Shown: in pieces, positions 1 through 10,289 of the stretch
Position numbering within the stretch: position 1 is the first letter of the stretch
Layout of the letters: each line of letters starts with the position of its first letter
Assembly: GCF_013122565.1 (NCBI RefSeq)
Contig: NZ_CP053258.1
Origin: Escherichia coli
Lineage (GTDB): Bacteria > Pseudomonadota > Gammaproteobacteria > Enterobacterales > Enterobacteriaceae
Direction: 5' to 3' (one strand)
Length of the DNA: 64,000 nucleotides
Notes under the pieces: generated by a model
Seen by the model: only the letters and a program-made list of their open reading frames with translations
Told to the model about the DNA's origin: nothing
Databases searched by the model: none
Program-made: the position numbers and the translations under genes

Positions 1-551
1 GGGCAATGAATATCGCGTTTGGCATTTTGTTTATCACCGTCTTTTTCTACGCCGTGTCGTTCACGCTGGCGATGGGACATGACGAAGCGGTAAAAGCCTA
101 TGAGCAGAATATTTCCGCGCTGGCGATTGCCGCACAGTTTATTAGCGGTGACGGCGCAGCGTGGGTGAAAGTGGTCAGCGTCATTCTCAATATCTTTGCT
201 GTCATGACTGCATTCTTTGGCGTCTATTTAGGCTTTCGCGAAGCAACGCAAGGGATCGTAATGAACATCCTGCGTCGCAAGATGCCTGCCGAGAAGATTA
301 ACGAAAATCTTGTTCAGCGCGGCATCATGATTTTCGCCATTTTGCTGGCCTGGAGCGCCATCGTACTGAACGCACCGGTGTTGAGCTTCACCTCTATCTG
401 TAGCCCGATTTTCGGCATGGTAGGGTGCCTGATCCCGGCGTGGCTGGTTTACAAAGTACCGGCATTGCACAAATACAAAGGGATGTCTTTGTACCTGATT
501 ATCGTCACTGGTTTGTTGCTTTGTGTTTCTCCGTTCTTGGCATTTTCTTGA
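1..551 (+). CDS. yhaO: C-terminal part of HAAAP-family amino-acid transporter (putative cysteine transporter); 5' end lies outside the window
   Basis: Open frame runs from the window edge to a stop at 551; hydrophobic multi-helix translation; sits directly upstream of and co-directional with the cyuA/yhaM homolog as in the K-12 yhaO-yhaM operon. Confidence 0.8.
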   Translation, partial: AMNIAFGILFITVFFYAVSFTLAMGHDEAVKAYEQNISALAIAAQFISGDGAAWVKVVSVILNIFAVMTAFFGVYLGFREATQGIVMNILRRKMPAEKINENLVQRGIMIFAILLAWSAIVLNAPVLSFTSICSPIFGMVGCLIPAWLVYKVPALHKYKGMSLYLIIVTGLLLCVSPFLAFS

Positions 552-578
552 TTTACCTGAAATTTTAAGGTTTTTAAT

Positions 579-1889
579 ATGTTTGATTCGACTTTAAATC
601 CGTTATGGCAGCGTTACATCCTCGCCGTTCAGGAGGAAGTAAAACCGGCGCTGGGATGTACTGAACCGATTTCACTGGCGCTGGCGGCGGCGGTTGCTGC
701 GGCAGAACTGGAAGGTCCGGTTGAACGTGTAGAAGCCTGGGTTTCGCCAAATCTGATGAAGAACGGTCTGGGCGTCACCGTTCCCGGCACGGGAATGGTG
801 GGGCTGCCGATTGCGGCGGCGCTGGGGGCGTTAGGTGGAAATGCTAACGCCGGGCTGGAAGTGCTGAAAGACGCAACAGCGCAGGCAATTGCCGATGCCA
901 AAGCACTGCTGGCGGCGGGGAAAGTCTCAGTTAAGATCCAGGAACCTTGCGATGAAATCCTCTTCTCACGCGCCAAAGTCTGGAACGGTGAGAAGTGGGC
1001 GTGTGTCACCATCGTCGGTGGGCATACCAACATTGTGCATATTGAGACGCACAATGGTGTGGTGTTTACCCAGCAGGCGTGTGTGGCAGAGGGCGAGCAA
1101 GAGTCTCCGCTGACGGTGCTTTCCAGAACGACGCTGGCTGAGATCCTGAAGTTCGTCAATGAAGTCCCGTTTGCGGCGATCCGCTTTATTCTCGATTCCG
1201 CGAAGCTAAATTGCGCGTTATCGCAGGAAGGTTTGAGTGGTAACTGGGGGCTGCATATTGGTGCGACGCTGGAAAAACAGTGCGAGCGCGGTTTGCTGGC
1301 GAAAGATCTCTCTTCATCCATTGTGATTCGTACCAGCGCGGCATCCGATGCGCGTATGGGCGGCGCCACGCTTCCGGCAATGAGTAACTCCGGCTCGGGT
1401 AACCAGGGGATCACCGCAACAATGCCCGTGGTGGTGGTAGCAGAACACTTCGGAGCGGATGATGAACGGCTGGCGCGTGCGCTGATGCTTTCGCATTTGA
1501 GCGCAATTTACATCCATAACCAGTTACCGCGTTTGTCTGCGCTGTGTGCCGCAACGACCGCAGCAATGGGGGCCGCCGCCGGGATGGCATGGCTGGTGGA
1601 TGGGCGTTATGAAACCATCTCGATGGCGATCAGCAGTATGATCGGCGATGTCAGCGGCATGATTTGCGATGGTGCGTCGAACAGCTGCGCGATGAAGGTT
1701 TCGACCAGTGCTTCGGCTGCGTGGAAAGCGGTATTAATGGCGCTGGATGATACCGCCGTGACCGGCAATGAAGGGATCGTGGCGCATGATGTTGAGCAGT
1801 CGATTGCCAACCTGTGTGCGTTAGCAAGCCATTCGATGCAGCAAACCGATCGGCAGATTATCGAGATTATGGCGAGCAAGGCCAGATAA
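579..1889 (+). CDS. cyuA: L-cysteine desulfidase (UPF0597 family), 436 aa
   Basis: 436-aa ORF beginning [21 protein letters not shown], recognised as YhaM/CyuA; length and position match. Confidence 0.85.
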   Translation: MFDSTLNPLWQRYILAVQEEVKPALGCTEPISLALAAAVAAAELEGPVERVEAWVSPNLMKNGLGVTVPGTGMVGLPIAAALGALGGNANAGLEVLKDATAQAIADAKALLAAGKVSVKIQEPCDEILFSRAKVWNGEKWACVTIVGGHTNIVHIETHNGVVFTQQACVAEGEQESPLTVLSRTTLAEILKFVNEVPFAAIRFILDSAKLNCALSQEGLSGNWGLHIGATLEKQCERGLLAKDLSSSIVIRTSAASDARMGGATLPAMSNSGSGNQGITATMPVVVVAEHFGADDERLARALMLSHLSAIYIHNQLPRLSALCAATTAAMGAAAGMAWLVDGRYETISMAISSMIGDVSGMICDGASNSCAMKVSTSASAAWKAVLMALDDTAVTGNEGIVAHDVEQSIANLCALASHSMQQTDRQIIEIMASKAR

Positions 1890-1907
1890 ACGCCAGGTTT
1901 TGAGTAT

Positions 1908-2172
<265 letters not shown>

Positions 2173-2177
2173 TGTCT

Positions 2178-2342
2178 TTACGCGGTAGCTTCATCCTCGG
2201 CTAAACGCGTTTCGGCATCCGCGACGATGGCTTCCAGCTCGCTCAACATCTCTTCATAGCCAAAATTTTTGGCGGTGCGAGCAGGTTCTTTCGCCACCAC
2301 GGGCTTCACTGGCTGACGCTTTTTGGCCGATTTTTTACTCAT
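2178..2342 (-). CDS. yhaL: Small conserved protein YhaL (54 aa); below the ORF-track length cutoff
   Basis: Manual minus-strand translation from ATG at 2342 gives MSKKSAKKRQPVKPVVAKEPARTAKNFGYEEMLSELEAIVADAETRLAEDEATA, stop at 2178-2180; lies immediately downstream of yhaK. Confidence 0.7.
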   Translation of the reverse strand: MSKKSAKKRQPVKPVVAKEPARTAKNFGYEEMLSELEAIVADAETRLAEDEATA

Positions 2343-2364
2343 CATCATCTCCCTGTTAAAACAA

Positions 2365-3066
2365 CTAGACAGGCAAATCTATCAGCAAAGCGCGCAGTGG
2401 GGAATCGGCAACCAGCGTAATGTTAGCCTCGTCACGAATAAACGCCCCATCACCGCAGGTTAGCGCCGCTTTCTCTTCATGATGCGTAAGCGCATGAAAT
2501 TTCCCGTGAATCGATTGCAAATACGCGCGTGGCCCATGCAACTGGAAATTCGCACTTTCGCCTTTGTCGAGCACGATATGGTGCAGCCACACTTGTTGGC
2601 GTAATTGCAGGCTTCCCATCGCACCCTCTGGCGAGGCGATCAATTGCTGTTTGTCCATATTAAGCGCCAGCTTTTGAATCAGCGGATTCTCTCGCTGCGG
2701 GCAGGCATCTAGCCAAAGCTGCATTCGCGTTAACGGTTTGTCTTTGCTGAGATTGTGTTCGCTATAGCTGACACCCGGCTGGGTAGAGAGCAGCAACGCC
2801 TCACCGGCGCTCGCCTGAACATGATTGCCTTCGCTGTCGCGATACTCTGCTTCTCCATCCAGAATCACATTTAAAATATCGACTTTGGGATAGGTTCGCG
2901 GCTGAAAGGCAGCACCTGGGGCCAGCACTTCCTGGTTCAGCACGCGCAGGGAGGCATAGCCTAACAATTTCGGGTCGAAGTAGTGTCCAAAGGAAAAAGT
3001 ATACCGGGCCTGCAACCATCCGTAGTCTGCTTGTCCACACTGCCTGGCAGTTCGGGTAGTAATCAT
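2365..3066 (-). CDS. yhaK: Pirin-like bicupin protein, 233 aa
   Basis: 233-aa ORF; length and synteny between yhaJ and yhaL match K-12 yhaK. Confidence 0.85.
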   Translation of the reverse strand: MITTRTARQCGQADYGWLQARYTFSFGHYFDPKLLGYASLRVLNQEVLAPGAAFQPRTYPKVDILNVILDGEAEYRDSEGNHVQASAGEALLLSTQPGVSYSEHNLSKDKPLTRMQLWLDACPQRENPLIQKLALNMDKQQLIASPEGAMGSLQLRQQVWLHHIVLDKGESANFQLHGPRAYLQSIHGKFHALTHHEEKAALTCGDGAFIRDEANITLVADSPLRALLIDLPV

Positions 3067-3170
3067 AATTCTTGACCTCTCTTTACTTCCTTTTATGGTA
3101 AGGGGCTGGACGCTACATTGTTAGCCAGATATTCTGCCCGGTATGTTCAAATTTCCTGAATGAGAACGAA

Positions 3171-4067
3171 ATGGCCAAAGAAAGGGCATTAACGCTGGAA
3201 GCACTACGGGTTATGGATGCGATCGATCGCCGGGGCAGTTTTGCGGCGGCGGCGGATGAGCTGGGACGCGTGCCTTCCGCACTTAGCTACACCATGCAAA
3301 AACTGGAAGAAGAGCTGGATGTGGTGCTGTTTGACCGCTCGGGCCATCGCACCAAATTCACCAATGTCGGGAGGATGTTGCTGGAGCGAGGGCGCGTTTT
3401 GCTGGAAGCCGCAGATAAACTGACTACCGATGCGGAAGCTCTCGCGCGCGGTTGGGAAACGCATCTCACCATTGTGACCGAAGCGCTGGTACCGACACCT
3501 GCCTTTTTCCCGTTAATTGACAAACTGGCGGCAAAAGCCAATACCCAACTGGCAGTCATCACCGAAGTGCTGGCGGGGGCATGGGAACGGCTGGAGCAGG
3601 GGCGGGCGGATATTGTTATCGCGCCGGATATGCATTTTCGCTCCTCGTCGGAGATCAACTCGCGCAAGCTCTATACGTTAATGAACGTCTACGTTGCCGC
3701 GCCTGATCACCCGATTCATCAGGAGCCGGAACCGTTATCTGAAGTGACGCGCGTGAAATATCGTGGAATTGCGGTAGCGGATACCGCTCGTGAGCGCCCG
3801 GTGTTGACCGTACAGCTGCTGGACAAACAGCCGCGCTTAACGGTGAGCACGATTGAAGATAAACGTCAGGCATTACTGGCGGGGCTTGGCGTGGCGACGA
3901 TGCCGTATCCGATGGTCGAAAAAGATATTGCGGAAGGGCGGTTGCGTGTCGTCAGCCCGGAATCGACCAGCGAGATCGATATTATTATGGCCTGGCGTCG
4001 TGACAGTATGGGGGAAGCGAAATCCTGGTGTCTGCGGGAAATTCCAAAGTTGTTCGCTGGAAAATAA
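3171..4067 (+). CDS. yhaJ: LysR-family transcriptional regulator, 298 aa
   Basis: 298-aa ORF with N-terminal HTH region (LTLEALRVMDAIDRRGSFAAAADELGRVPSALSYTMQKLEEEL) typical of LysR regulators; divergent from yhaK. Confidence 0.85.
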   Translation: MAKERALTLEALRVMDAIDRRGSFAAAADELGRVPSALSYTMQKLEEELDVVLFDRSGHRTKFTNVGRMLLERGRVLLEAADKLTTDAEALARGWETHLTIVTEALVPTPAFFPLIDKLAAKANTQLAVITEVLAGAWERLEQGRADIVIAPDMHFRSSSEINSRKLYTLMNVYVAAPDHPIHQEPEPLSEVTRVKYRGIAVADTARERPVLTVQLLDKQPRLTVSTIEDKRQALLAGLGVATMPYPMVEKDIAEGRLRVVSPESTSEIDIIMAWRRDSMGEAKSWCLREIPKLFAGK

Positions 4068-4071
4068 TCGA

Positions 4072-4098
4072 TTAAGCACCTTTCACAAGGTGCTTAAT
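4072..4098. terminator. Bidirectional stem-loop between convergent yhaJ and the DUF805 gene
   Basis: Inverted repeat ttaagcacct / aggtgcttaa around a short loop, flanked by A/T-rich sequence. Confidence 0.5.
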
Positions 4099-4100
4099 TA

Positions 4101-4469
4101 TTATTCCTGTTCCAGTTTTGGATCAGGTCCAAAGCGGTTTTCGCCTGGCGTACCCGCCTGGCAGTTAAAGACGATGATAATAAGCCAGCCGATAAACGGG
4201 ATTAAGAACAGCAGTGCCCACCACGCCGAGCGGTCGGTGTCGTGCAGGCGGCGGAACTGAACCGCCCACCACGGTAAAAACACCAGAATACCGTAGATTG
4301 TCGTCAGGATGCCTTCGCCACCAGCGCGTTGCCAGCCTAACATTTTATCCAGCAGCCCCAACACGAACGTGAAGATGATGTTGACCAGAATAAACATCCA
4401 GTACTCTTTGCGCCGCGCACGACCCCGGAAACCGACATAATTTTTTAGTACTTTCAGATACCAGTCCAT
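4101..4469 (-). CDS. DUF805-family inner membrane protein (YhaH/YhaI type), ~122 aa
   Basis: ORF-track frame 4101..4490 begins at a TTG; ATG at 4469 has a GAGG ribosome-binding site 7 nt upstream and gives MDWYLKVLKNY...; two predicted transmembrane helices. Confidence 0.75.
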   Translation of the reverse strand: MDWYLKVLKNYVGFRGRARRKEYWMFILVNIIFTFVLGLLDKMLGWQRAGGEGILTTIYGILVFLPWWAVQFRRLHDTDRSAWWALLFLIPFIGWLIIIVFNCQAGTPGENRFGPDPKLEQE

Positions 4470-4660
4470 TTTTGCCTCAATTTTGCTCAATCACTTGTTT
4501 TTAAAGCAGCAAATTAAGAATAGACGTGAATGAAATGGCAGTAAATATTCGCTCAATGAATTAATAAGGTGCTGTGAAGGATAAGGGCAAGCGCAAAATT
4601 GCCAGAAGCGCTACGTTTATCTGGTCTGCGCGGTCATGGCAACATATTGAATATAAATGT

Positions 4661-4715
4661 TTTGTAGGTTGGAGAAGGCGTTCACGCCGCATCCGACATT
4701 AATAACACGCACTTA
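4661..4715. repeat. REP element
   Basis: tgtaggttggagaaggcgttcacgccgcatccgaca matches the REP consensus core (gcgttcacgccgcatccg). Confidence 0.7.
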
Positions 4716-4751
4716 GCTAATAATCAGAGGCACCTCGTAAGGTGCCTTTTT

Positions 4752-5738
4752 TTAACCGAAGCGAACATCTCTTCCATGCGGTTCATCGAGATCCTGCCAC
4801 GGACCAATTGAAATAATCCCCGTAGGGTTGATGGTCTTATGGCTGCGGAAGTAATGATTACGGATGTGATCGAAATTGACTGTTTCGGCAATTCCCGGCA
4901 TCTGGTAGATATCACGCAGGAAGCCATACAGATTAAGGTAATCGCTGATGCGGTGCTTATCACACTTGAAGTGGGTCACATACACTGGATCAAAACGGAC
5001 CAGCGTGGTCCACAGGCGAATATCGGCTTCGGTTAGCTGGTTGCCGGTCAGGTAACGATGCTGACCTAAAATCTGCTCCAGTCGCGCCAGCGATTCAAAC
5101 ACTTTCTCCACCGCTTCGTCGTAGGCTTGCTGGCTGGTGGCAAAACCAGCTTTATACACGCCGTTGTTAACGGTGTCATAAATCCAGCCGTTAAGTTCGT
5201 CAATTTTCGTTTGCAGGGCTGGTGGGTAGTAATCACCCGCTTTCGCGCCCAGCGCATCAAACGCGGTATTAAACATGCGGATGATTTCTGCTGATTCGTT
5301 GCTGACGATGGTGTGGTTCTTTTTGTCCCACAGCACGGGCACAGTAACTCGTCCGCTGTAGTGTGGATCGGCGTGGAGATAAAGCTGATACAGAAATTCA
5401 TGTTGATAGAGCGTGTCTCCGGTTGCTCCCGGAAAACTGTCATCAAAGGTCCAGCCGTTTTCAAGCATCAGCGGGTTCACTACAGAAACGGAAATAAAGG
5501 GTTCCAGTCCTTTGAGTTTGCGCATGATCAGCGTGCGGTGCGCCCACGGGCAGGCGAGTGAAACATAGAGATGATAACGATCTTTCTCTGCGATAAAACC
5601 GCCTGTGCCAGTGGGGCCAGGAGCGCCATCGGCAGTGAGCCAGTTACGAAATGCGGAAGCTGAACGTTGAAATTTACCGCCGGTAGATTTGGTATCGTAC
5701 CAGGTGTCATGCCAGACGCCGTCAATCAGTTGACCCAT
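4752..5738 (-). CDS. yqjG: Glutathionyl-hydroquinone reductase (Xi-class GST), 328 aa
   Basis: Start taken at MGQLIDGVWHDTWYDT inside the 335-aa track ORF; length and sequence recognised as YqjG. Confidence 0.85.
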   Translation of the reverse strand: MGQLIDGVWHDTWYDTKSTGGKFQRSASAFRNWLTADGAPGPTGTGGFIAEKDRYHLYVSLACPWAHRTLIMRKLKGLEPFISVSVVNPLMLENGWTFDDSFPGATGDTLYQHEFLYQLYLHADPHYSGRVTVPVLWDKKNHTIVSNESAEIIRMFNTAFDALGAKAGDYYPPALQTKIDELNGWIYDTVNNGVYKAGFATSQQAYDEAVEKVFESLARLEQILGQHRYLTGNQLTEADIRLWTTLVRFDPVYVTHFKCDKHRISDYLNLYGFLRDIYQMPGIAETVNFDHIRNHYFRSHKTINPTGIISIGPWQDLDEPHGRDVRFG

Positions 5739-5756
5739 TTTTCTCTCCTCCAATAG

Positions 5757-5788
5757 CAAAAACGAGGAGCGTTTCTCCTCGTTTTAAA
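5757..5788. terminator. Stem-loop flanked by A- and T-runs upstream of the yqjG start
   Basis: aaaaacgaggag cgtttc tcctcgtttt: perfect 7-bp stem with A-run before and T-run after. Confidence 0.45.
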
Positions 5789-5805
5789 ATTGCTGGCAAA
5801 CGAAA

Positions 5806-5912
5806 AACTGCCTGATGCGCTATGCTTTTCAGGCCTACGAGGTTTCTGCAATATATTGAATTTGCATGCTTTTGTAGGCCGGATAAGGCGTTCACGCCGC
5901 ATCCGGCATGAA
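5806..5912. repeat. RIP/BIME-like element: two REPs around an A/T-rich core
   Basis: gcctgatgcgctatgc...ggcctacgagg then tgcaatatattgaatttgcat then gtaggccggataaggcgttcacgccgcatccggca. Confidence 0.7.
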
Positions 5913-5985
5913 CAACGCGCACTTTGTCAACAATCTGAAACGAGGAGCTTCCTCCTCGTTTTTTATCGTTAAGTATAGCGCGTGC

Positions 5986-6378
5986 TTACCACTTTTTATT
6001 CAGCAGGCGGTCGATGCTATACGCGCCCGGACCGGTAATTGCCAGCAGCAGGAATCCGCCAGAAATTGTCAGGTTTTTCATGAACATCAGCGAGTTGACG
6101 CCTTCAGCAAAGTTGCTGTGAAATAAAAATGCCGTCAGCAGCGTAAAGCCCGCAGTAAACAGGGCTGTGGTGCGAGTCAGGAAACCGAACAGGACTGCCA
6201 GACCACCACCGAACTCAAGCAGAATCACCAGCGGCAGCATAAAACCCGGGACGCCCATCGCTTCCATATATTGTTGGGTACCCGCGTAGCCAGTAATTTT
6301 TCCCCAGCCTGCGGTAATAAACAGAATCGGCATTAAAATGCGCGCTACCAGTACACCAACATCTTCTAATTTTTTCAT
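5986..6378 (-). CDS. yqjF: DoxX-family inner membrane protein, 130 aa
   Basis: Start at MKKLEDVGVL inside the longer track ORF; hydrophobic; synteny. Confidence 0.8.
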   Translation of the reverse strand: MKKLEDVGVLVARILMPILFITAGWGKITGYAGTQQYMEAMGVPGFMLPLVILLEFGGGLAVLFGFLTRTTALFTAGFTLLTAFLFHSNFAEGVNSLMFMKNLTISGGFLLLAITGPGAYSIDRLLNKKW

Positions 6379-6564
6379 CATACTCTCCACTGCGCCACTC
6401 AGGCTGCTGATTGTTTTTTTGTGCAAGGGCGCGGTATTAGCGTCGTTGCTGTCGATGGAGAGAATCATAAACGTGGTGAATGATGATTGTTAGCAAGGAA
6501 AACTGTCAAAAATCTTCAAAAAATTTGAGGTATAAGGCCGGAATGGCTCCGGCCAGAAAGGAAG

Positions 6565-6864
6565 TTAACCGCGAAGCTGTTGCTGCTTGAGGGTCGTTTT
6601 CACCAGACGCCAGGCGCTCCATACGCCAAAACCGCGTCTGGCCCAGCGGACCAGCATATTAGGATGGCGAATCGTCCAGATCGCCATCACACTACTGCCA
6701 ACCAGCGCCCAGGAGCGCAGACTTAGCAGCATATTCCAGCGACGATCGTAAGCGCCTGTTGCCTCCAGCCATTCACGACGACTGGCAGAAAGATCCAGCC
6801 GTTGTTGCTGGATCTGGCTAAGCAGTTGCGCCTTACGTCGTTCACGTTCGACTTTACTGCTCAC
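6565..6864 (-). CDS. yqjK: Small membrane protein YqjK, 99 aa, GTG start
   Basis: GTG at 6864 preceded by GAGGAGG; product begins (V)SSKVERERRKAQLLSQ; overlaps the 3' end of yqjE by 11 nt. Confidence 0.75.
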   Translation of the reverse strand: MSSKVERERRKAQLLSQIQQQRLDLSASRREWLEATGAYDRRWNMLLSLRSWALVGSSVMAIWTIRHPNMLVRWARRGFGVWSAWRLVKTTLKQQQLRG

Positions 6865-7258
6865 GGGACTCCTCCTCGAGCAGCTGCCGATCGTTTGCCA
6901 GCTCATGGCGTGTATGGCGCAGCAAGGTGGATTTACGCGATTTACGTAGCGTCCAGATACCGCCAATCAGTGCCAGTAGCAGCAACACCACGGTGGTGGC
7001 AATCATCGCATTCAGGCGATATTGCGGATCAACCGCCCAAATAATTAGCACCATCAGGCTCATAAGACCAAATGCAGCGAAAAGCATCGTCAGGCCCAGC
7101 ATCAGTAAAAGTTGAAAGAGATTAGCTTTTTCCTCTTCCAGCTCCACCACCGCCAGCCGCAGACGTGTTTCCACCATTTCAACCATGATGGAAACAATTC
7201 GCTGCCCGATGCCCAGAACGCTTTTACCGGGCCCTTGCGCGTGATGAGTGTCCGCCAT
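6854..7258 (-). CDS. yqjE: Inner membrane protein YqjE, 134 aa
   Basis: Start at MADTHHAQGPGK inside the 157-aa track ORF; synteny in the yqjCDEK cluster. Confidence 0.8.
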   Translation of the reverse strand: MADTHHAQGPGKSVLGIGQRIVSIMVEMVETRLRLAVVELEEEKANLFQLLLMLGLTMLFAAFGLMSLMVLIIWAVDPQYRLNAMIATTVVLLLLALIGGIWTLRKSRKSTLLRHTRHELANDRQLLEEESREQ

Positions 7259-7260
7259 AA

Positions 7261-7566
7261 TTAACGACGCGACAGCAGAACGCCGAGCACTACACCGATT
7301 GCAGCGCCAATGCCCACGCCCGTCCATGGATTTTCACGCACATACTCATCGGCACGCGCCGCCGCGACACGGGTTTGTTTGGCGATGGCATCACCGGTTT
7401 CACCCAGGCGATAACGGCTCTGTTTCAGTGCCTGCTCCGCTTTGCTACGAATCTTACTCAACTCTTCTTTCGACTTCTCGCCAGATGAGCTAAGCACCTC
7501 TTCCAGCGTATCGGAAAGGGATTTCAACTCAGCACGCAGATGTTCCGTAGTGTGTTCTTTCGACAT
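7261..7566 (-). CDS. yqjD: Membrane-anchored ribosome-associated protein (ElaB/YqjD family), 101 aa
   Basis: Start at MSKEHTTEHLRAELK; C-terminal transmembrane anchor (WTGVGIGAAIGVVLGVLL); synteny. Confidence 0.8.
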   Translation of the reverse strand: MSKEHTTEHLRAELKSLSDTLEEVLSSSGEKSKEELSKIRSKAEQALKQSRYRLGETGDAIAKQTRVAAARADEYVRENPWTGVGIGAAIGVVLGVLLSRR

Positions 7567-7603
7567 AGTTTTCTCCAAGTGAGTAAGTAGTGACTATTGT
7601 GAG

Positions 7604-7972
7604 TTAGTAGTCGCGCGCTTCCAGCTTTTTCAGCTCTTCCTGCGCTTCTGCCAGTTTCCGTTCGCGTTTGGCAATCTTATCGGCATCGCCTTTTTGCTTC
7701 GCCTCGGCTAAATCTTGCTGGCGTTCCGCCACCTCATCTTTCTGCTTTGCGATTTTCTTCTGATGATCGGCACGCAGCTGGCTATCTGAACAGTTGGCCC
7801 GGACTTCACTCAGGGCTTTATTCAGACCGTCAATACGATTCTGGTTTTGGTGTTTTTCGGCATAGCTGATTTCCTTAAGGATATTTTGCTCCTTTTCCTG
7901 ACACAGGGTAGTGGCATAACTACCGGCACTAAGAGCAAAAAGAGAAACAGCTAAAGCGATGCGGTATTTCAT
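7604..7972 (-). CDS. yqjC: Periplasmic DUF1090 protein, 122 aa
   Basis: Start at MKYRIALAVSLFALSAGSYA (signal peptide); coiled-coil, charged mature region; synteny. Confidence 0.8.
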   Translation of the reverse strand: MKYRIALAVSLFALSAGSYATTLCQEKEQNILKEISYAEKHQNQNRIDGLNKALSEVRANCSDSQLRADHQKKIAKQKDEVAERQQDLAEAKQKGDADKIAKRERKLAEAQEELKKLEARDY

Positions 7973-8118
7973 TCTTGAACCTTCCATTGTGATTCGGACC
8001 TATTACAAAGGAACGATTGTCCAGACAACGAAGCGGTAGTGTTAACCACCGCCTCATTAATCATAGACAGTTACGGTGAAATCACCAAAGTGAGTGATCT
8101 GTTTCGGATAACAGGAAG

Positions 8119-8502
8119 TTATCCGAAGCGATGAGAGTTATCCCGTAGCCGGGTCAGCCACTGCATAGCCTGACTGTTATTGTCCTGCTGCGCAATGATG
8201 TAGCCTTGGGGCAATGTTCTGTCGAGGACCGCTTTTGCAGCGGCGCTCTGGTCGCTGGAGTCAAAGGTAATTAACAGAGTGTCGTTTTTGGGGGTGATAC
8301 TTTTGAAAGGAATGCCATGAGCGTCAAGGTGATGCCAGATTGAAAAACCGTCTGGCATCGTTGTGCCTTGATGAACGGCACGAATCGCCAGCGTAGACTC
8401 TTGCTGGCGAACCGCGGACCAGGCTAGCAACAGCGTGCCGACCAGAAGTAAAACAGCGCCGGACCAGGCTAGCTGGCGAAGCGACATGCGAGGTATTTGC
8501 AT
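8119..8502 (-). CDS. mzrA: Modulator of EnvZ/OmpR (MzrA), 127 aa
   Basis: 127-aa ORF with an N-terminal transmembrane segment; position immediately downstream of yqjA. Confidence 0.8.
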   Translation of the reverse strand: MQIPRMSLRQLAWSGAVLLLVGTLLLAWSAVRQQESTLAIRAVHQGTTMPDGFSIWHHLDAHGIPFKSITPKNDTLLITFDSSDQSAAAKAVLDRTLPQGYIIAQQDNNSQAMQWLTRLRDNSHRFG

Positions 8503-8505
8503 CCC

Positions 8506-9168
8506 TTACCCCCGATTTCCATATTTCTTTTTCCATAACACGACCAGAGAACCTGCCAGGCCAAACACCAGCAGCACCACCGGGAGCAGCATCAGGCATG
8601 ACATCAGCTGGTCCTCGTACTTTAAAAATACCGGCGTTTTGCCGAGCATGTAACCCAGAGTTGTCAGGATCAATACCCACAGCAGACCGCTCATCCAGTT
8701 GAAGAACTGAAAGCGCGCGTTATTCAGCCCTGATAACCCGGCAATCGTCGGCAGCAGTGTTCTGACAAACGCAATAAAGCGACCAATTAACAGCGCCGAT
8801 AAACCGTGTTTATGAAAAAGATGGTGTGCGCGTTGATGATAATGCGCGGGTAAATGAGATAGCCAGTTTTGTACGGTGCGGGTATTGCCCAGCCATCGCC
8901 CCTGAATATAGCTGACCCAGCAACCGAGGCTGGCGGCAACGGTCAGCAGCAGAATCGTTTGCGGGTAACCCATCGCGCCTTTCGCAATCAATACGCCGAC
9001 CAATACCAGTAAACTGTCGCCCGGTAAAAAGGCCGCCGGAAGCAAGCCGTTTTCAAGGAACAAAATTACAAACAAGACAAAATACAACATGCCAATCATC
9101 GATGGATTGGCCAGGGTTTCAAAATCCTGCGCCCACAGGGCTTGCAGCAATTGGGTCAAAAGTTCCAT
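8506..9168 (-). CDS. yqjA: DedA-family inner membrane protein, 220 aa
   Basis: 220-aa polytopic membrane ORF; synteny upstream of mzrA. Confidence 0.85.
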   Translation of the reverse strand: MELLTQLLQALWAQDFETLANPSMIGMLYFVLFVILFLENGLLPAAFLPGDSLLVLVGVLIAKGAMGYPQTILLLTVAASLGCWVSYIQGRWLGNTRTVQNWLSHLPAHYHQRAHHLFHKHGLSALLIGRFIAFVRTLLPTIAGLSGLNNARFQFFNWMSGLLWVLILTTLGYMLGKTPVFLKYEDQLMSCLMLLPVVLLVFGLAGSLVVLWKKKYGNRG

Positions 9169-9512
9169 TCATTATTCCTGGTGAATCGGTTAACGCCACG
9201 CTGGTTTTAAAAGATGCACTACCGCAATGTTATTGCTGTTTTGGTATGTTCTGCGGGTTTGATACATCAACACAGCCTGAACTATTCCCTGTTAAATCGT
9301 GAGATAAGAAAGCATTCAAAAGCATAAATTCAAATTGAATCTAATTGTAACAAAGGTCAACGTTGTTCGTTATCAAAATTACATGTCCGTGGAGTCTGAT
9401 TTTGCTGAATGCAGGGGAGGGTGGCGAGAGGATTTACACAGGCTGACACTTTATACTTTTCGCTTACCGACGAGACAAACAGGCGCATTGCAGCGCCTGT
9501 CGGACAGGAATT

Positions 9513-10289
9513 TCATTTACTGCCGCTGGTGGCTGTATCGAGATGCACCACCGGGTTTTCGGCGAATAGATAGCGGTCGGCATTGAACTCGAAGTCGTCG
9601 CTGGTTTCGTTAAATAACATGATCTTGGTGTTTTCCAGGTGCTGCCACATTGCCAGCTTAGCAGCATGAGGATCTTTGCGAATCAGCGCCTTGAGGATTT
9701 GATCGTGGTCATCACACCAGTTATCGACGGTACGGGAATCAATGTGTTCATGCAGTTTTTTCCAGTACGGGTTATGACTACGCTGGGTCCACATTTTTTC
9801 AACGATGGCCGCCAGGGCGGAGTTCTGCGTTGCCAGAGCTACCTGAATGTGGAACTGCAAATCCCACTCGGAATCACGGAAACATTGTTCGCCGCGCGCC
9901 TGCTCCTGAATGGCCATCAGTTTCATGATGTCCTGTTTCGTCACCTGAGTTGCCGCGAACTCGGCAATATTACTTTCGATAAGCTGGCGAGCCTGGAGCA
10001 ACTCAAACGGACCGTAATTGGCGAATTCCATATTATTGTCCGCCGCCTGCTGATGGCGCGGCTGGTTGGAAACTACATGAATACCTGAACCTTTACGCAC
10101 CTCCACATAGCCTTCAACTTCCAGCATGATGATGGCTTCACGAACTACTGTACGGCTGACATTCTTTTCATCGGCAATAAAGCGTTCGGCAGGTAGTTTA
10201 TCACCCACCAGATAGACGCCCTGTTCGATGCGCTCTTTCAGGTCAGCGGCAAGTTGTTGATACAAACGGCGTGGTTCAGTGATTTCCAT
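9513..10289 (-). CDS. exuR: GntR-family repressor of hexuronate utilisation, 258 aa
   Basis: 258-aa ORF with N-terminal GntR-type HTH ([28 protein letters not shown]) and FCD-type C-terminal domain; synteny. Confidence 0.85.
   Translation of the reverse strand: MEITEPRRLYQQLAADLKERIEQGVYLVGDKLPAERFIADEKNVSRTVVREAIIMLEVEGYVEVRKGSGIHVVSNQPRHQQAADNNMEFANYGPFELLQARQLIESNIAEFAATQVTKQDIMKLMAIQEQARGEQCFRDSEWDLQFHIQVALATQNSALAAIVEKMWTQRSHNPYWKKLHEHIDSRTVDNWCDDHDQILKALIRKDPHAAKLAMWQHLENTKIMLFNETSDDFEFNADRYLFAENPVVHLDTATSGSK

Noticed and set aside
629-1414. 261-aa minus-strand ORF
   Set aside because: Fully antisense to the well-supported cyuA/yhaM CDS; Ser/Ala/Pro-rich composition typical of antisense frames in GC-rich genes.
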